Source of the DNA: an uncultured SAR324 cluster bacterium
GTDB taxonomy: Bacteria; SAR324; NAC60-12
Assembly (NCBI GenBank): GCA_902564345.1
Contig: CACFAY010000004.1
Location: 13,336 to 77,335, forward strand
Direction of reading: 5' to 3'
DNA: 64,000 bases
In this document: positions 30,160 through 39,379 of the stretch, in pieces
Layout of the letters: every line of letters begins with the position of its first letter
Position numbering within the stretch: the first letter of the stretch is position 1
Notes under the pieces: model-generated
What the model was told of the DNA's origin: nothing
Seen by the model: the letters and a program-made list of their open reading frames with translations, nothing else
The model's database searches: none
Position numbers and translations under genes: made by a program

Positions 30160-31311
30160 ATGATCAAAAAAATTCAATACGGTATGGTTGGAGGTGGAGA
30201 AGGTGCTTTTATAGGAGAAGTTCATCGAATAGCTGCTCGAATGGACAATCATTTCGAATTAGTCGCCGGAGCATTTTCCTCTGATTCTGAACGGTCCATA
30301 AGATTTGGAACAATTCTTGGTCTTTCAGAGGATCGTTGTTATGAGAATTATAATAAAATGGTATCTAAAGAAATTGTTCGCGAGGAAACCATTGAAGCAG
30401 TTGTGATCGTTACGCCAAATCATTTGCATTTGCATATCGCTGAGCTATTTTTGAAAGCTGGAATTCATGTTATTTGCGATAAACCTTTGTCTGCAAAACT
30501 TGAACAGGCATACTCATTTGCCAATTTTGCCCGGCAAACTAAAAAAATTTTTGCAGTCACATATAATTATAGCGGATATCCGTTGGTTAGGCATGCACGT
30601 GAAATAATTTCTCAAGGTGAGATTGGTGAAATACGTACTATTCAAATTGAATATGCCCAAGATTGGTTATCCGAAAAACTCGAAGAAAGCGGTCATAAAC
30701 AAGCAGTTTGGCGTACAGACCCTATGCAAGCTGGAAATGGTGGTTGTCTCAGTGATATTGGGACCCATGCTTTTCATCTTTCTTGTTTCGTCAGTGGCTT
30801 AAAACCAAAAGCGATCTTGGCCGATTTAAAACACTTTGTTGAGGGTCGAAATGTTTATGATAACGCACACATTTTATTACGTTTTTCCGGAGGCGCAAAA
30901 GGTATGCTTTGGGTAAGTCAGGTGGCACCCGGTAATGAAAACGGTTTACGATTAAGAATTTACGGTAGTAAAGCTGGTTTGGAATGGTCGCAAGAAAATC
31001 CAAATTATCTTAAACTTTCAACCCTAGGGGAATCACCACAAATACTGGGGCGTGGGAGTGCAAATCTTTCAAGTGCTGCCGCAAAAATGACACGTATTCC
31101 ATCTGGACATCCTGAAGGCTACATAGAAGGATTTGCTAATATTTACAAAGAAATTGCACAAGCTGTTTATGCTTCTAGAAAAGGGAAGTCATTCCCGAAG
31201 GGAGTTTTATTCCCAGATTTGGAAGATGGAGTTGCCGGAATGGAGTTTATTGATGCAGCTCTAAAATCCAACCAAAATAACAATCAATGGGTTTTATTTG
31301 AAGGAAAATGA
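30160..31311 (+). CDS. Gfo/Idh/MocA family oxidoreductase
   Basis: N-terminal YGMVGGGEGAFIGEVH Rossmann motif and CDKPL. The ATG start lies 5 nt after the upstream stop. Confidence 0.8.
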   Translation: MIKKIQYGMVGGGEGAFIGEVHRIAARMDNHFELVAGAFSSDSERSIRFGTILGLSEDRCYENYNKMVSKEIVREETIEAVVIVTPNHLHLHIAELFLKAGIHVICDKPLSAKLEQAYSFANFARQTKKIFAVTYNYSGYPLVRHAREIISQGEIGEIRTIQIEYAQDWLSEKLEESGHKQAVWRTDPMQAGNGGCLSDIGTHAFHLSCFVSGLKPKAILADLKHFVEGRNVYDNAHILLRFSGGAKGMLWVSQVAPGNENGLRLRIYGSKAGLEWSQENPNYLKLSTLGESPQILGRGSANLSSAAAKMTRIPSGHPEGYIEGFANIYKEIAQAVYASRKGKSFPKGVLFPDLEDGVAGMEFIDAALKSNQNNNQWVLFEGK

Positions 31312-31472
31312 AAATTATTTATTTGCAGGGAGAGAGATTTCTCCCCCCAAACACCTTTCAGCCTTAAGAATTTTTAAATCTTAAATGTTATAAAAACAAA
31401 TATAAACTTGGCAGAAATTATTTTGAGCTCTTTTGGACTATTTCGTTTGGTAATCTTTTTTTATATTGAGGT

Positions 31473-32321
31473 TTAAATTATACTATCCATATATGATTTA
31501 GCATTTTTAGCTAAGTCATTAGAATCATCCCATAAATTCCTCCATACACCAAGAGCATTTGAAAGATGTGGATCGACTATGCTAGAAGAAAATGACTCAA
31601 ATGTCACCGTGCCCTGATAATCTATTTCTTTCATTGCTGAAAATATTTCAACAAAATTAATATGACCTCTTCCTAAATATCCACGGTGGTTTTCACCAAT
31701 ATGAAAATAACCTAATTTTTCTCCACATTGAAGAATGGGGTCACGATAATTAGATTCTTCAATATTCATATGGTAACTATCGAGATGAACACACAAATTA
31801 TTACATTCTGCAAGTTCAATGAATTCCAAGGCCTTTGATGCTGTATTGATTAGATTGCTTTCATACCTATTTACAGGTTCTAAACCTATCATTATGTCCA
31901 TTTTTTTGGCCTTATGACATAAGTCCCTAATTATGTCGACACTATTGTGAAAAGCATTTTTGGTAGGGGGAGCATCATATTTTTTCAAAGCAGAATATAG
32001 TACTCCACCCATGTATTTTGAACCAATTTGATATGTCATTTCTAAGGCTTTACCAAGCAGTTTAGCTCCATTCTCACGAATTACCGAGTCTTCACTAGAA
32101 ATATCAGTCTCATCAGATAATCCTAAAGATGTTACGCCTTTTATTTTATTAAAATCAAGAACCTGCTTAGTGTATTCAGCATTAAATTTATATGGATTCA
32201 AAAGTGGAATTTCTATGACATTAAATCCCAATTTTGCAGAGCTCCCAATTGCAAAATCTATATCTTTGCTACCCCAGGAACCCGTCCAAACAAGAGCATG
32301 TATGCCAAGATGATTTTTCAT
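31473..32321 (-). CDS. Ketose 3-epimerase (D-psicose/D-tagatose 3-epimerase family, xylose-isomerase-like TIM barrel)
   Basis: 282 aa. The four metal-ligand contexts typical of the family are present: GLEPVNRYE, HLDSYHMNIEE, FHIGENHRG. Confidence 0.7.
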   Translation of the reverse strand: MKNHLGIHALVWTGSWGSKDIDFAIGSSAKLGFNVIEIPLLNPYKFNAEYTKQVLDFNKIKGVTSLGLSDETDISSEDSVIRENGAKLLGKALEMTYQIGSKYMGGVLYSALKKYDAPPTKNAFHNSVDIIRDLCHKAKKMDIMIGLEPVNRYESNLINTASKALEFIELAECNNLCVHLDSYHMNIEESNYRDPILQCGEKLGYFHIGENHRGYLGRGHINFVEIFSAMKEIDYQGTVTFESFSSSIVDPHLSNALGVWRNLWDDSNDLAKNAKSYMDSII

Positions 32322-32322
32322 G

Positions 32323-33063
32323 CTATTCTGCCCCTACAATATAAGAAACAATTTGATTCATTGAAGTCTTAGCCTTAATTACATCTGCGACTATCTGACC
32401 TTGTCGAAGAACCAAAATTCTATCACAAACTTCAAAAATATCGTTTAGCCTGTGGCTGATTAATATCACAGAAATCCCTTCAGATTTGAGTTTTAGTATT
32501 AGTTCTAATACATGCTGAACCTCCTTTACAGCTAGGGCTGCAGTAGGCTCATCCATAATTACCAACTTGGGAGAAAAAGTCAAAGCTCTTGCAATGGCAA
32601 TAGTTTGCTGTTGTCCGCCTGACAAAAGTCCTGCCTGATACTCTACCGAAGGTACTTTTGCACCAAGATCTTCAATAATTTTTATGGAGTCCTTATCCAT
32701 TTTTTGTTTGTCAACAAGCCCCAAATTTATACCAAATAATTTTTTCACTGGTTCTCGTCCAAGAAAAATATTTGATGAAATATCCTGCTGACGGGCCAAT
32801 GCAAGATCTTGGTATATCATTTCAATACCCAATAAACGTATTTCGGAAGTTGATATCCTAGTTAATTCGCGCTCTTCAAGCAATATACTTCCAGAGGTAG
32901 GCTTATGAATTCCTGTGACAATTTTCATGAGAGTTGACTTACCAGCTCCGTTATCTCCCACAAGTCCAATTACACTTCCCTTATTTATTGAAAGCGTAAC
33001 GCGGTCAAGTACATTTACACTCCCAAAACTCTTAGACAAATCTTTGATTTCTAGAAAGCTCAT
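32323..33063 (-). CDS. Sugar ABC transporter ATP-binding protein (single NBD, FrcA-like)
   Basis: Walker A GDNGAGKST, signature LSGGQQQ, Walker B LVIMDEPT. At 246 aa it is a single cassette. Confidence 0.9.
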   Translation of the reverse strand: MSFLEIKDLSKSFGSVNVLDRVTLSINKGSVIGLVGDNGAGKSTLMKIVTGIHKPTSGSILLEERELTRISTSEIRLLGIEMIYQDLALARQQDISSNIFLGREPVKKLFGINLGLVDKQKMDKDSIKIIEDLGAKVPSVEYQAGLLSGGQQQTIAIARALTFSPKLVIMDEPTAALAVKEVQHVLELILKLKSEGISVILISHRLNDIFEVCDRILVLRQGQIVADVIKAKTSMNQIVSYIVGAE

Positions 33064-33992
33064 TAATTCTTTTGACGATTGATTTGATCAAACCATACAG
33101 CAAGAATAAGTACAGCGCCTATTGCCATTCTTTGATAGTAAGATTGAACGGCAAGAAGATTTAAACCATTCTGAAGAATACCCATGATAAGTGCTCCTAT
33201 GAAAGTACCAATAATGCTGCCTTTACCACCAAAAAGATTAGTCCCTCCTATAATTGCAGCAGTGATTGCTGTAAGTTCATAGTTAAGACCAGCTGTCGGA
33301 TCACCCGCATTCACACGTGATGTAAAAATCATCCCAGCCAAACCAGCAAGTCCTCCAGAAAATGCATAAAGCTTAACTTTATGTCTGTTAACATTGATTC
33401 CCATTGCTACTGCTGCCATCTGATTATCTCCAATAACTAACGTATGCTTCCCAAACTTAGTAGAAGCTAAAATATAGTGAGTTATCAAAGCAACGACAAT
33501 AAAAATTATTACTGGAAAGGGGATACCAAAAGGGCGTCCTTGGCCAAGAAATAAAAATTCGTTAGAAAGGCCATATATTGGTTTGCCATCACATAAAAGA
33601 AGTGCAGCACCACGGGCAACTCCTAACATTCCGAGGGTTACTATGAAAGCTGGAATCTTTGCTCTCGTAACAAGTTGTCCATTGAAAAAACCTGCTATTC
33701 CTCCTGCTATAATGCAAGCTAAAATGCCAAAAATCCAATTAAGTTCTAATTGGTTCATTACAACTGCACCTGCAACACCGGCTAATCCCATAACAGACCC
33801 AACAGACAGATCTAGTCCTGCTGAACTTATTACGAATGTAGAACCGATTGCGAGTATACCTATAACTGAAGTAGCAAGAAGAATGTTTAGAAAGTTTGAA
33901 ATGCTTAGGAAGTATGGTGATAAAAGAGACATCGTAACTATGAGAATCCCTAAAACGTAAAGTGATTCTAAGCGGATACTTTTTAGAAACAT
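33063..33992 (-). CDS. Sugar ABC transporter permease (RbsC/FrcC-like, CUT2)
   Basis: 309 aa polytopic protein with a BPD_transp_2-like pattern (GLDLSVGSV, GGKGSIIGT). It overlaps the ATPase start by 1 nt. Confidence 0.85.
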   Translation of the reverse strand: MFLKSIRLESLYVLGILIVTMSLLSPYFLSISNFLNILLATSVIGILAIGSTFVISSAGLDLSVGSVMGLAGVAGAVVMNQLELNWIFGILACIIAGGIAGFFNGQLVTRAKIPAFIVTLGMLGVARGAALLLCDGKPIYGLSNEFLFLGQGRPFGIPFPVIIFIVVALITHYILASTKFGKHTLVIGDNQMAAVAMGINVNRHKVKLYAFSGGLAGLAGMIFTSRVNAGDPTAGLNYELTAITAAIIGGTNLFGGKGSIIGTFIGALIMGILQNGLNLLAVQSYYQRMAIGAVLILAVWFDQINRQKN

Positions 33993-34051
33993 TTGTAATT
34001 AATTTGTTTTGACTGAGGCAAAAGGTAGGGGATGTTTTTTCTTGAATCTAT

Positions 34052-34080
34052 CTTGGCAGCCAAATTAATTAACTGCCAAG
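34052..34080 (-). other. Intercistronic stem-loop between SBP and permease genes
   Basis: Perfect 8-bp inverted repeat CTTGGCAG (34052-34059) / CTGCCAAG (34073-34080) with a 13-nt loop, 11 nt after the SBP stop. Confidence 0.4.
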
Positions 34081-34091
34081 AAATAATTTTA

Positions 34092-35060
34092 TCACTTAAC
34101 AAATTTCATCAAAGGATGAGTATTATTTTCTATAACATCTTTTGTAAGGACTAAAGTGTCAACAAATTGAAACTTTGCCATTTTCAATCCATTTAAAGAT
34201 GCTGTAGCACCTATAACTGCTCGTTTACCTACAAGATAGGGAAGCTGTGCTACTGAAGCATTTAAACGACCCGATTTAATAGATTTTACAGCATCAGAGT
34301 TGCCATCTACACCTACAATTATTATATCATTCCCCTTACCAGCAGAATAAGCAGCTTCAACAGCTCCAAGAGCCATTCCATCATTAGCTGCAAAAATAGC
34401 TTTCAGATTTGGATGTCTTGTAAGGATATCATTTGTAATATTCGCGGCTTTCATTCTGTCCCAATCTCCAGGAAGAGATGCTACAACTTTCAATCCAGGT
34501 GCAATTTTTTTGATTCGATTTGCAAAACCACGTGCCCTCTTTTGACCAGTTATGTTTCCAGAAAGTCCTTCTATTACTAAAACAGGTCCTGAAGCATTTC
34601 TGCCAAGCACTTTTGCAACATAATCTGCTCCTTGAGCGCCAGCAGCCTCATTGTCCGATCCAATAGTAAAATCAATTGATACCCCTGCTTTTTTAGCAAT
34701 ATCATGGTCAAGATTGCCATCGAGGTCTACTACAGGGATTCCAGATTCATTTGCTTTTTTGAGGCAGGGCAAAAGAATAGTTGAATTGATCGCTGCTGTA
34801 ATCATTACGTCAGGTTTTCGCTCAAGCATAGTCATGCAAACGTTTAATTGAGGCTCTGCAGCCTGATCAGATTCTACTGCCTGTAAATAATAGGCAACAC
34901 CAGCTTCTTTGGATCCGTCTCGAACTCCCTCTTCCATCGCTCCCCAGAAAGGATTTGACAACGTTTTCATTAGCACACCATAAGTCAAATGACCTTTACC
35001 AAATACTGTACTAGAAAAGAATATTGAAATAAAAGTAAGTGATACAATCAAAAATCTCAT
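34092..35060 (-). CDS. Sugar ABC transporter periplasmic binding protein (type I PBP, RbsB/FrcB-like)
   Basis: Signal peptide MRFLIVSLTFISIFFSSTVFG. LSNPFWGAMEEGV and AANDGMALGAVEA are typical of Peripla_BP_4. The listed ORF extends to a GTG at 35072. Confidence 0.85.
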   Translation of the reverse strand: MRFLIVSLTFISIFFSSTVFGKGHLTYGVLMKTLSNPFWGAMEEGVRDGSKEAGVAYYLQAVESDQAAEPQLNVCMTMLERKPDVMITAAINSTILLPCLKKANESGIPVVDLDGNLDHDIAKKAGVSIDFTIGSDNEAAGAQGADYVAKVLGRNASGPVLVIEGLSGNITGQKRARGFANRIKKIAPGLKVVASLPGDWDRMKAANITNDILTRHPNLKAIFAANDGMALGAVEAAYSAGKGNDIIIVGVDGNSDAVKSIKSGRLNASVAQLPYLVGKRAVIGATASLNGLKMAKFQFVDTLVLTKDVIENNTHPLMKFVK

Positions 35061-35370
35061 AAATAACTCCACATGTTGTTGATTATTATATATTTTTACT
35101 TATTTAAATTAAAAATATTTTAGAAATAAAATATTTCTACATAGGCAAATTTATCTTTTAAATAAATAAAAAATTGAAAAATAAAATATGGCTCGCTATT
35201 CTAAATAGAATCTTTTTTTAGTCAAGTTATAATTATTTATTTGTAAATATTAGATTTAAGTTTAATTTACTTCCTTGAAAGTTAACTAAGCTACATATAC
35301 AAGTTTATGTAAGTTGTGATTCTTATGTTTAATTTAACTATTTTTTTTTAAACACACAAAAAAATTTAAA

Positions 35371-35748
35371 ATGAAAATTGATTATATTTTTAGAAATGAC
35401 ATGGCATCTACTTTCCAACTAAGTTCAATGATACTTCCGCAGTTAGAAAAAAAATCCCATGGAGTTGATGTTGTTGGCATGATGTTTTTTGATGACAATA
35501 TACACGTTTTAGCAAGAGGAAATGAATTTGGAGAAAGGCTGTCAAAGGTTGCAAAAGAACAAAATATTCTGTTGATGATATGCGACCAATGTGCAATCAG
35601 AAGAGGATTTGGAGAAGGTAATTTTGAGCAGTGTGGAACTGGAGAAGTAACTGCAAAAGGTACCGTTGAAGGTGTTGTAGCAGGATGTTTTCCTCAACTT
35701 TTTGAGGCACTATCTTCTAGTCCACCTGATCAAGTTATAACTCTTTAA
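35371..35748 (+). CDS. DsrE/TusD-like sulfur-relay family protein (orphan)
   Basis: 125 aa. GMMFFDDNIHVL and LLMICDQCAIRRGF resemble the DsrE/TusD pattern (FY.DGV / vC..aa..RG). Confidence 0.45.
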   Translation: MKIDYIFRNDMASTFQLSSMILPQLEKKSHGVDVVGMMFFDDNIHVLARGNEFGERLSKVAKEQNILLMICDQCAIRRGFGEGNFEQCGTGEVTAKGTVEGVVAGCFPQLFEALSSSPPDQVITL

Positions 35749-35794
35749 TATTGCAAAAAAGTCTATTTTTTGAGGAATAAATAGAATGCATTGT

Positions 35795-36919
35795 CTATTT
35801 ATTAATTGAATACTTCCACCATTTTTCAAAGACATTTTGTCGGTCCATTGATACTAACTGTCCCAGTTTAGGAGTCAGAAATTTAATACCATGTTTTTCT
35901 GCGTATTTTTCCCCCTTCTCAACTGGGTCAAACCAATCATGCATTGCAAGATTAAACATTCCCCAGCCAATTGGAACTGTAACTTTTCCTTTTAGGTCCA
36001 AGACAGCTCGCACAGCCTCTTCAGGCATATTATGAAGTGGACGCCATCTCTCATTGTATGAACCACTGTCCATAAAAACTAAATCAAATGGTCCATTTTT
36101 ATCTCCGATTTCTTTGTAATGAATATCGTAACCTGAATCACCACTGAAGTAAAAGCTATTAGATTCTGTTTTAACTACCCAAGATGCCCAAAGAGTTTTG
36201 AAGCCGAAAAAAGTACCTATCCTCCCGGAGAAATGCTGGGCAGGGGTACAAATAAAAGTAATACCTTCAAATTCTAATTTGTCCCACCAGTCTGATTCAA
36301 ACATTTTTGAACCATTTACACCCCATCTTTTCAAATGAGAGGTTACACCTAATGGTGTAATAAATTTTACATCTTTCCCCTTTAAATAAATCACGGTATC
36401 CATGTCTAAGTGGTCGTAATGATCATGAGAGATTAAAACATAATCTATTCTGGGTAGATCATACAGTTCAAGAACAGGAGGCTGAAAACGTTTTACTATA
36501 AAACTTAAAGGGGCGGCTGCTTCAGAAAAGACAGGATCTATCAAAACTATAATATTATTTATATTGACCAAAAGAGTAGAGTGACCAAACCAAATGAACT
36601 TAATACTTTCAGTAGGCTGCATGAATTCAATTATGTTTGGAGGTTTAACTTCTGGCAAATCATTTTCAGGAACAGTTTCTGCTGAATTAAAAAAATAATT
36701 GTTGGAAATCCTTTCAGATGGATTATTCCAAAAAGAGTCTTTTTCACTCATCTGATCCCACAAATTTTCTATTCTGTTTTTGAATTTATTTTTTTCGATG
36801 TCGTAATTAGGTGATTTTTTTATTTCTTCTAGATGCTCTCCACTAGGATTTTCACCAAATTGAGAACACGAAGCAAAAAAAAGAAAAGAACTTAATGTAA
36901 CTAGGAAAAATTTATTCAT
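35795..36919 (-). CDS. MBL-fold metallo-hydrolase lipoprotein (NAPE-PLD-like)
   Basis: Lipobox FFASCSQ, metal motif ISHDHYDHLD, and a downstream DSGY/H pattern. Confidence 0.75.
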   Translation of the reverse strand: MNKFFLVTLSSFLFFASCSQFGENPSGEHLEEIKKSPNYDIEKNKFKNRIENLWDQMSEKDSFWNNPSERISNNYFFNSAETVPENDLPEVKPPNIIEFMQPTESIKFIWFGHSTLLVNINNIIVLIDPVFSEAAAPLSFIVKRFQPPVLELYDLPRIDYVLISHDHYDHLDMDTVIYLKGKDVKFITPLGVTSHLKRWGVNGSKMFESDWWDKLEFEGITFICTPAQHFSGRIGTFFGFKTLWASWVVKTESNSFYFSGDSGYDIHYKEIGDKNGPFDLVFMDSGSYNERWRPLHNMPEEAVRAVLDLKGKVTVPIGWGMFNLAMHDWFDPVEKGEKYAEKHGIKFLTPKLGQLVSMDRQNVFEKWWKYSINK

Positions 36920-36983
36920 ATAATTATTTTATTAATTAATAATTTGTCAGGGTATTTAAATAGAATAGAAGTTATTTGAAGTA

Positions 36984-39212
36984 TTATTTGGCATCCATAT
37001 AGTTAATCCCATCCCATGTTTCAGTGTCCCACCCGCTGGAGATAAGTTTTTCACAGCGTTCGATATAGAGTTCAGCGACACCATCTTCAGGAACTTTTTC
37101 AATGCATGTCTTAAATAGATCCAAGGCATTTTCGAACTGCTGATTTTGGTATAGTTCAAAGCCCTTCTTAAACTTGGGAAGTGAAGATATTTTTGCATCC
37201 CTTAAATCAGGGTATTCCCCATTCAGCACCTCGTAAACCATTACAGGATTTTCTTTCCCCTTAACAGCAACCTTATCGATTAAACGTGTATCAAAAATTG
37301 AATCTCCAATTTTTAAAAGAGTTTCTTCGCTTAATAGCAAGGGAGTTTTGTAAAGTTTTGTAAGACCTTCTAACCTCGCAGCAAGATTTACTGCATCGCT
37401 TATTACCGATCCTTCCATTCGACCAGATTCTCCAAGCGTTCCTAGCATCATCTTACCTGTGTTGACACCTATACCTATCAAAATAGGATCGTTACCTTCC
37501 TGTGCTCTTTCCTTATTATAATCTCGAAGTGCATCAAGCATTTTTACTGAAGTATTTACCGCATCCTCTGGCGACCTGTCAAAAAGTGCCATTATGGAAT
37601 CACCTATGTACTTATCTATGTAGCCATGATTATCGCTTACAATTGGCCCCATTTTGCTGAGATATTTATTTACGAATCTAAAATTTTCTTCTGGTGACAT
37701 AGATTCTGATAGCGAAGTAAATGACCGAATATCAGAAAAAAGGATGCTCATTTCTTTTTGAACCTGATCTCCTAATTGAACGTCAAGGATACTTTCCTTG
37801 TTAAGGTTTGTAAGAAGCTGTTTTGGCACAAAACGCTGATAAGCTTCCGTCAGGCGCATTTGCTGTTCAAGTGCAAACTTCTTTAAATCGTTAATGTTTT
37901 GTGCAACCGCAAAACCAAATGTGACAAACATCGACAAAAAAAGGAATCCTGCAGTAGAAGACACTACAAGCATGAAAATCCAATTAAACCCGCCAGAAAT
38001 AAAGTATGTTGCTAATGCCAAAGGTAATATCAAAAAAGGTAAAATAAACGATAGGCATAGATAACCTGCTGATGAATCTCCTTTTCTCCATGTGATAAAG
38101 GAAATAACAATTGAAATTATAAGCAGGACAGCAAAAGGCATGAATACATGATGTAGCTTCAAAATTCCTGGTCCTAAATTATCAGGAGGATATTTTAATA
38201 AATTAAATTGCTCTTCATTTGGCCAATGCAAAGAAGTTAAAAAGTTGAGAATGATTATAAATAAATAGAAAGTGATCCCTAGCAAAAATAATTTATTTGT
38301 TCTTGGGAAATTTTCCTTAAGTTTTAGTGCCTGCTTAAAAAATATTATCAAAAATATGAATAGAACACCCTGAAATACAAATTGCAATTCGCTTACAGCA
38401 GGCCACCTAGAGAATTCCATATACATAGCATTAGATTGCGTGAAAAATACTAGTGCGGCCGCTTGAAGAAGGGAAAGAGAAAGCCAAATATAATTGCCTT
38501 TTGAAACAAGATATATGAAAAAATAATATATCCCAAAAGATAGAGCTACTGATATAAACCCAATATTACTTGAGAATCTAACCATCTCCCTAAGCCTAAT
38601 ATTTTCCCATAATCCAATTGTCATTCTGTCAAGTCCATTGACCTTAGAATAGTAGCGATCAAAGGGCTTACTTCTGAAAAAATCATAGATTACAGTATTT
38701 TCATTTTGAGGCATTAAAATCCTATATTGTGCCCCAATATGATCCTGCCCTAAAAAACTATTTTCTCTGTATTTCCAATAAGGGTACTCTTTCAAACCCA
38801 ATGAGTTTTTTATAAATAATTTTTTCTCCATATTCCAATTATGATTTAATCCTATGACATTGGAATCTGAATTGTTTTTAACAATAAATTTTACCCAATA
38901 GCCGTTAACCATAGACTGGACATTAATCAGGTTTTCAGTCCATTCAGCATTCTCCAGTACTTCAAAAGGGGTTTTATGATCTGCCCCTTCAAGAAATGAT
39001 AAATGTTTTGGAAAAATCGTTTCTATCATCACGGAATCTAATACAAATGGCTCTTGTGCAAAAGCATTTTTGCTACTAACAAAAAAACATATTGTTAATA
39101 ATAAAAAAATAATTTTTTTAGATTGAGAAAATTCCAAATTTATTTCCTTTTCAAAAAAATTTAAAAATTTTTGGATAAGTATAAATGATGACAAACGAAT
39201 TTTTATTGTCAA
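36984..39212 (-). CDS. 7TMR-DISM receptor fused to class III adenylate/guanylate cyclase
   Basis: A signal peptide (KKIIFLLLTICFFVSSKNAFA) and a roughly 180-aa extracellular domain, then about 7 TM helices and a coiled linker. The cyclase domain carries ILFSDIRSFTSL...YIGDSIMALF...GVNTG, and the TPR-like tail ends WDGINYMDAK. The real start is probably TTG near 39137. Confidence 0.85.
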   Translation of the reverse strand: MTIKIRLSSFILIQKFLNFFEKEINLEFSQSKKIIFLLLTICFFVSSKNAFAQEPFVLDSVMIETIFPKHLSFLEGADHKTPFEVLENAEWTENLINVQSMVNGYWVKFIVKNNSDSNVIGLNHNWNMEKKLFIKNSLGLKEYPYWKYRENSFLGQDHIGAQYRILMPQNENTVIYDFFRSKPFDRYYSKVNGLDRMTIGLWENIRLREMVRFSSNIGFISVALSFGIYYFFIYLVSKGNYIWLSLSLLQAAALVFFTQSNAMYMEFSRWPAVSELQFVFQGVLFIFLIIFFKQALKLKENFPRTNKLFLLGITFYLFIIILNFLTSLHWPNEEQFNLLKYPPDNLGPGILKLHHVFMPFAVLLIISIVISFITWRKGDSSAGYLCLSFILPFLILPLALATYFISGGFNWIFMLVVSSTAGFLFLSMFVTFGFAVAQNINDLKKFALEQQMRLTEAYQRFVPKQLLTNLNKESILDVQLGDQVQKEMSILFSDIRSFTSLSESMSPEENFRFVNKYLSKMGPIVSDNHGYIDKYIGDSIMALFDRSPEDAVNTSVKMLDALRDYNKERAQEGNDPILIGIGVNTGKMMLGTLGESGRMEGSVISDAVNLAARLEGLTKLYKTPLLLSEETLLKIGDSIFDTRLIDKVAVKGKENPVMVYEVLNGEYPDLRDAKISSLPKFKKGFELYQNQQFENALDLFKTCIEKVPEDGVAELYIERCEKLISSGWDTETWDGINYMDAK

Positions 39213-39379
39213 TTTTTATTACTAAGTTTAAAAGATGCTATATTTAGTAGGAAGAATGACTGTAAAGAACTCGTGATGTTTACTAACTTTAGATTATGCT
39301 AAGCTCGATGAAAAAAGTGTTATTTCTTGAAGTAGTTGTTATTTGGTACTTTTTTGATAGAACCTATTCTAAAACCACA

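Noticed and set aside
31328-31345. Short hairpin GGGAGA-gagatt-TCTCCC after the Gfo/Idh/MocA gene, considered as a terminator
   Set aside because: It has only a 6-bp stem and no U-tract on either strand, which is too weak to annotate.
33583-33960. 125-aa plus-strand ORF (also 34651-34851)
   Set aside because: These are antisense to the ABC permease and SBP genes. Their Pro/Ala-rich sequence is typical of antisense reading of membrane-protein genes.
36956-37198. 80-aa minus-strand ORF overlapping the 3' end of the cyclase gene
   Set aside because: It is out of frame with the cyclase C-terminal tail, which has the conserved WDG..Y..K ending. It has no independent support.
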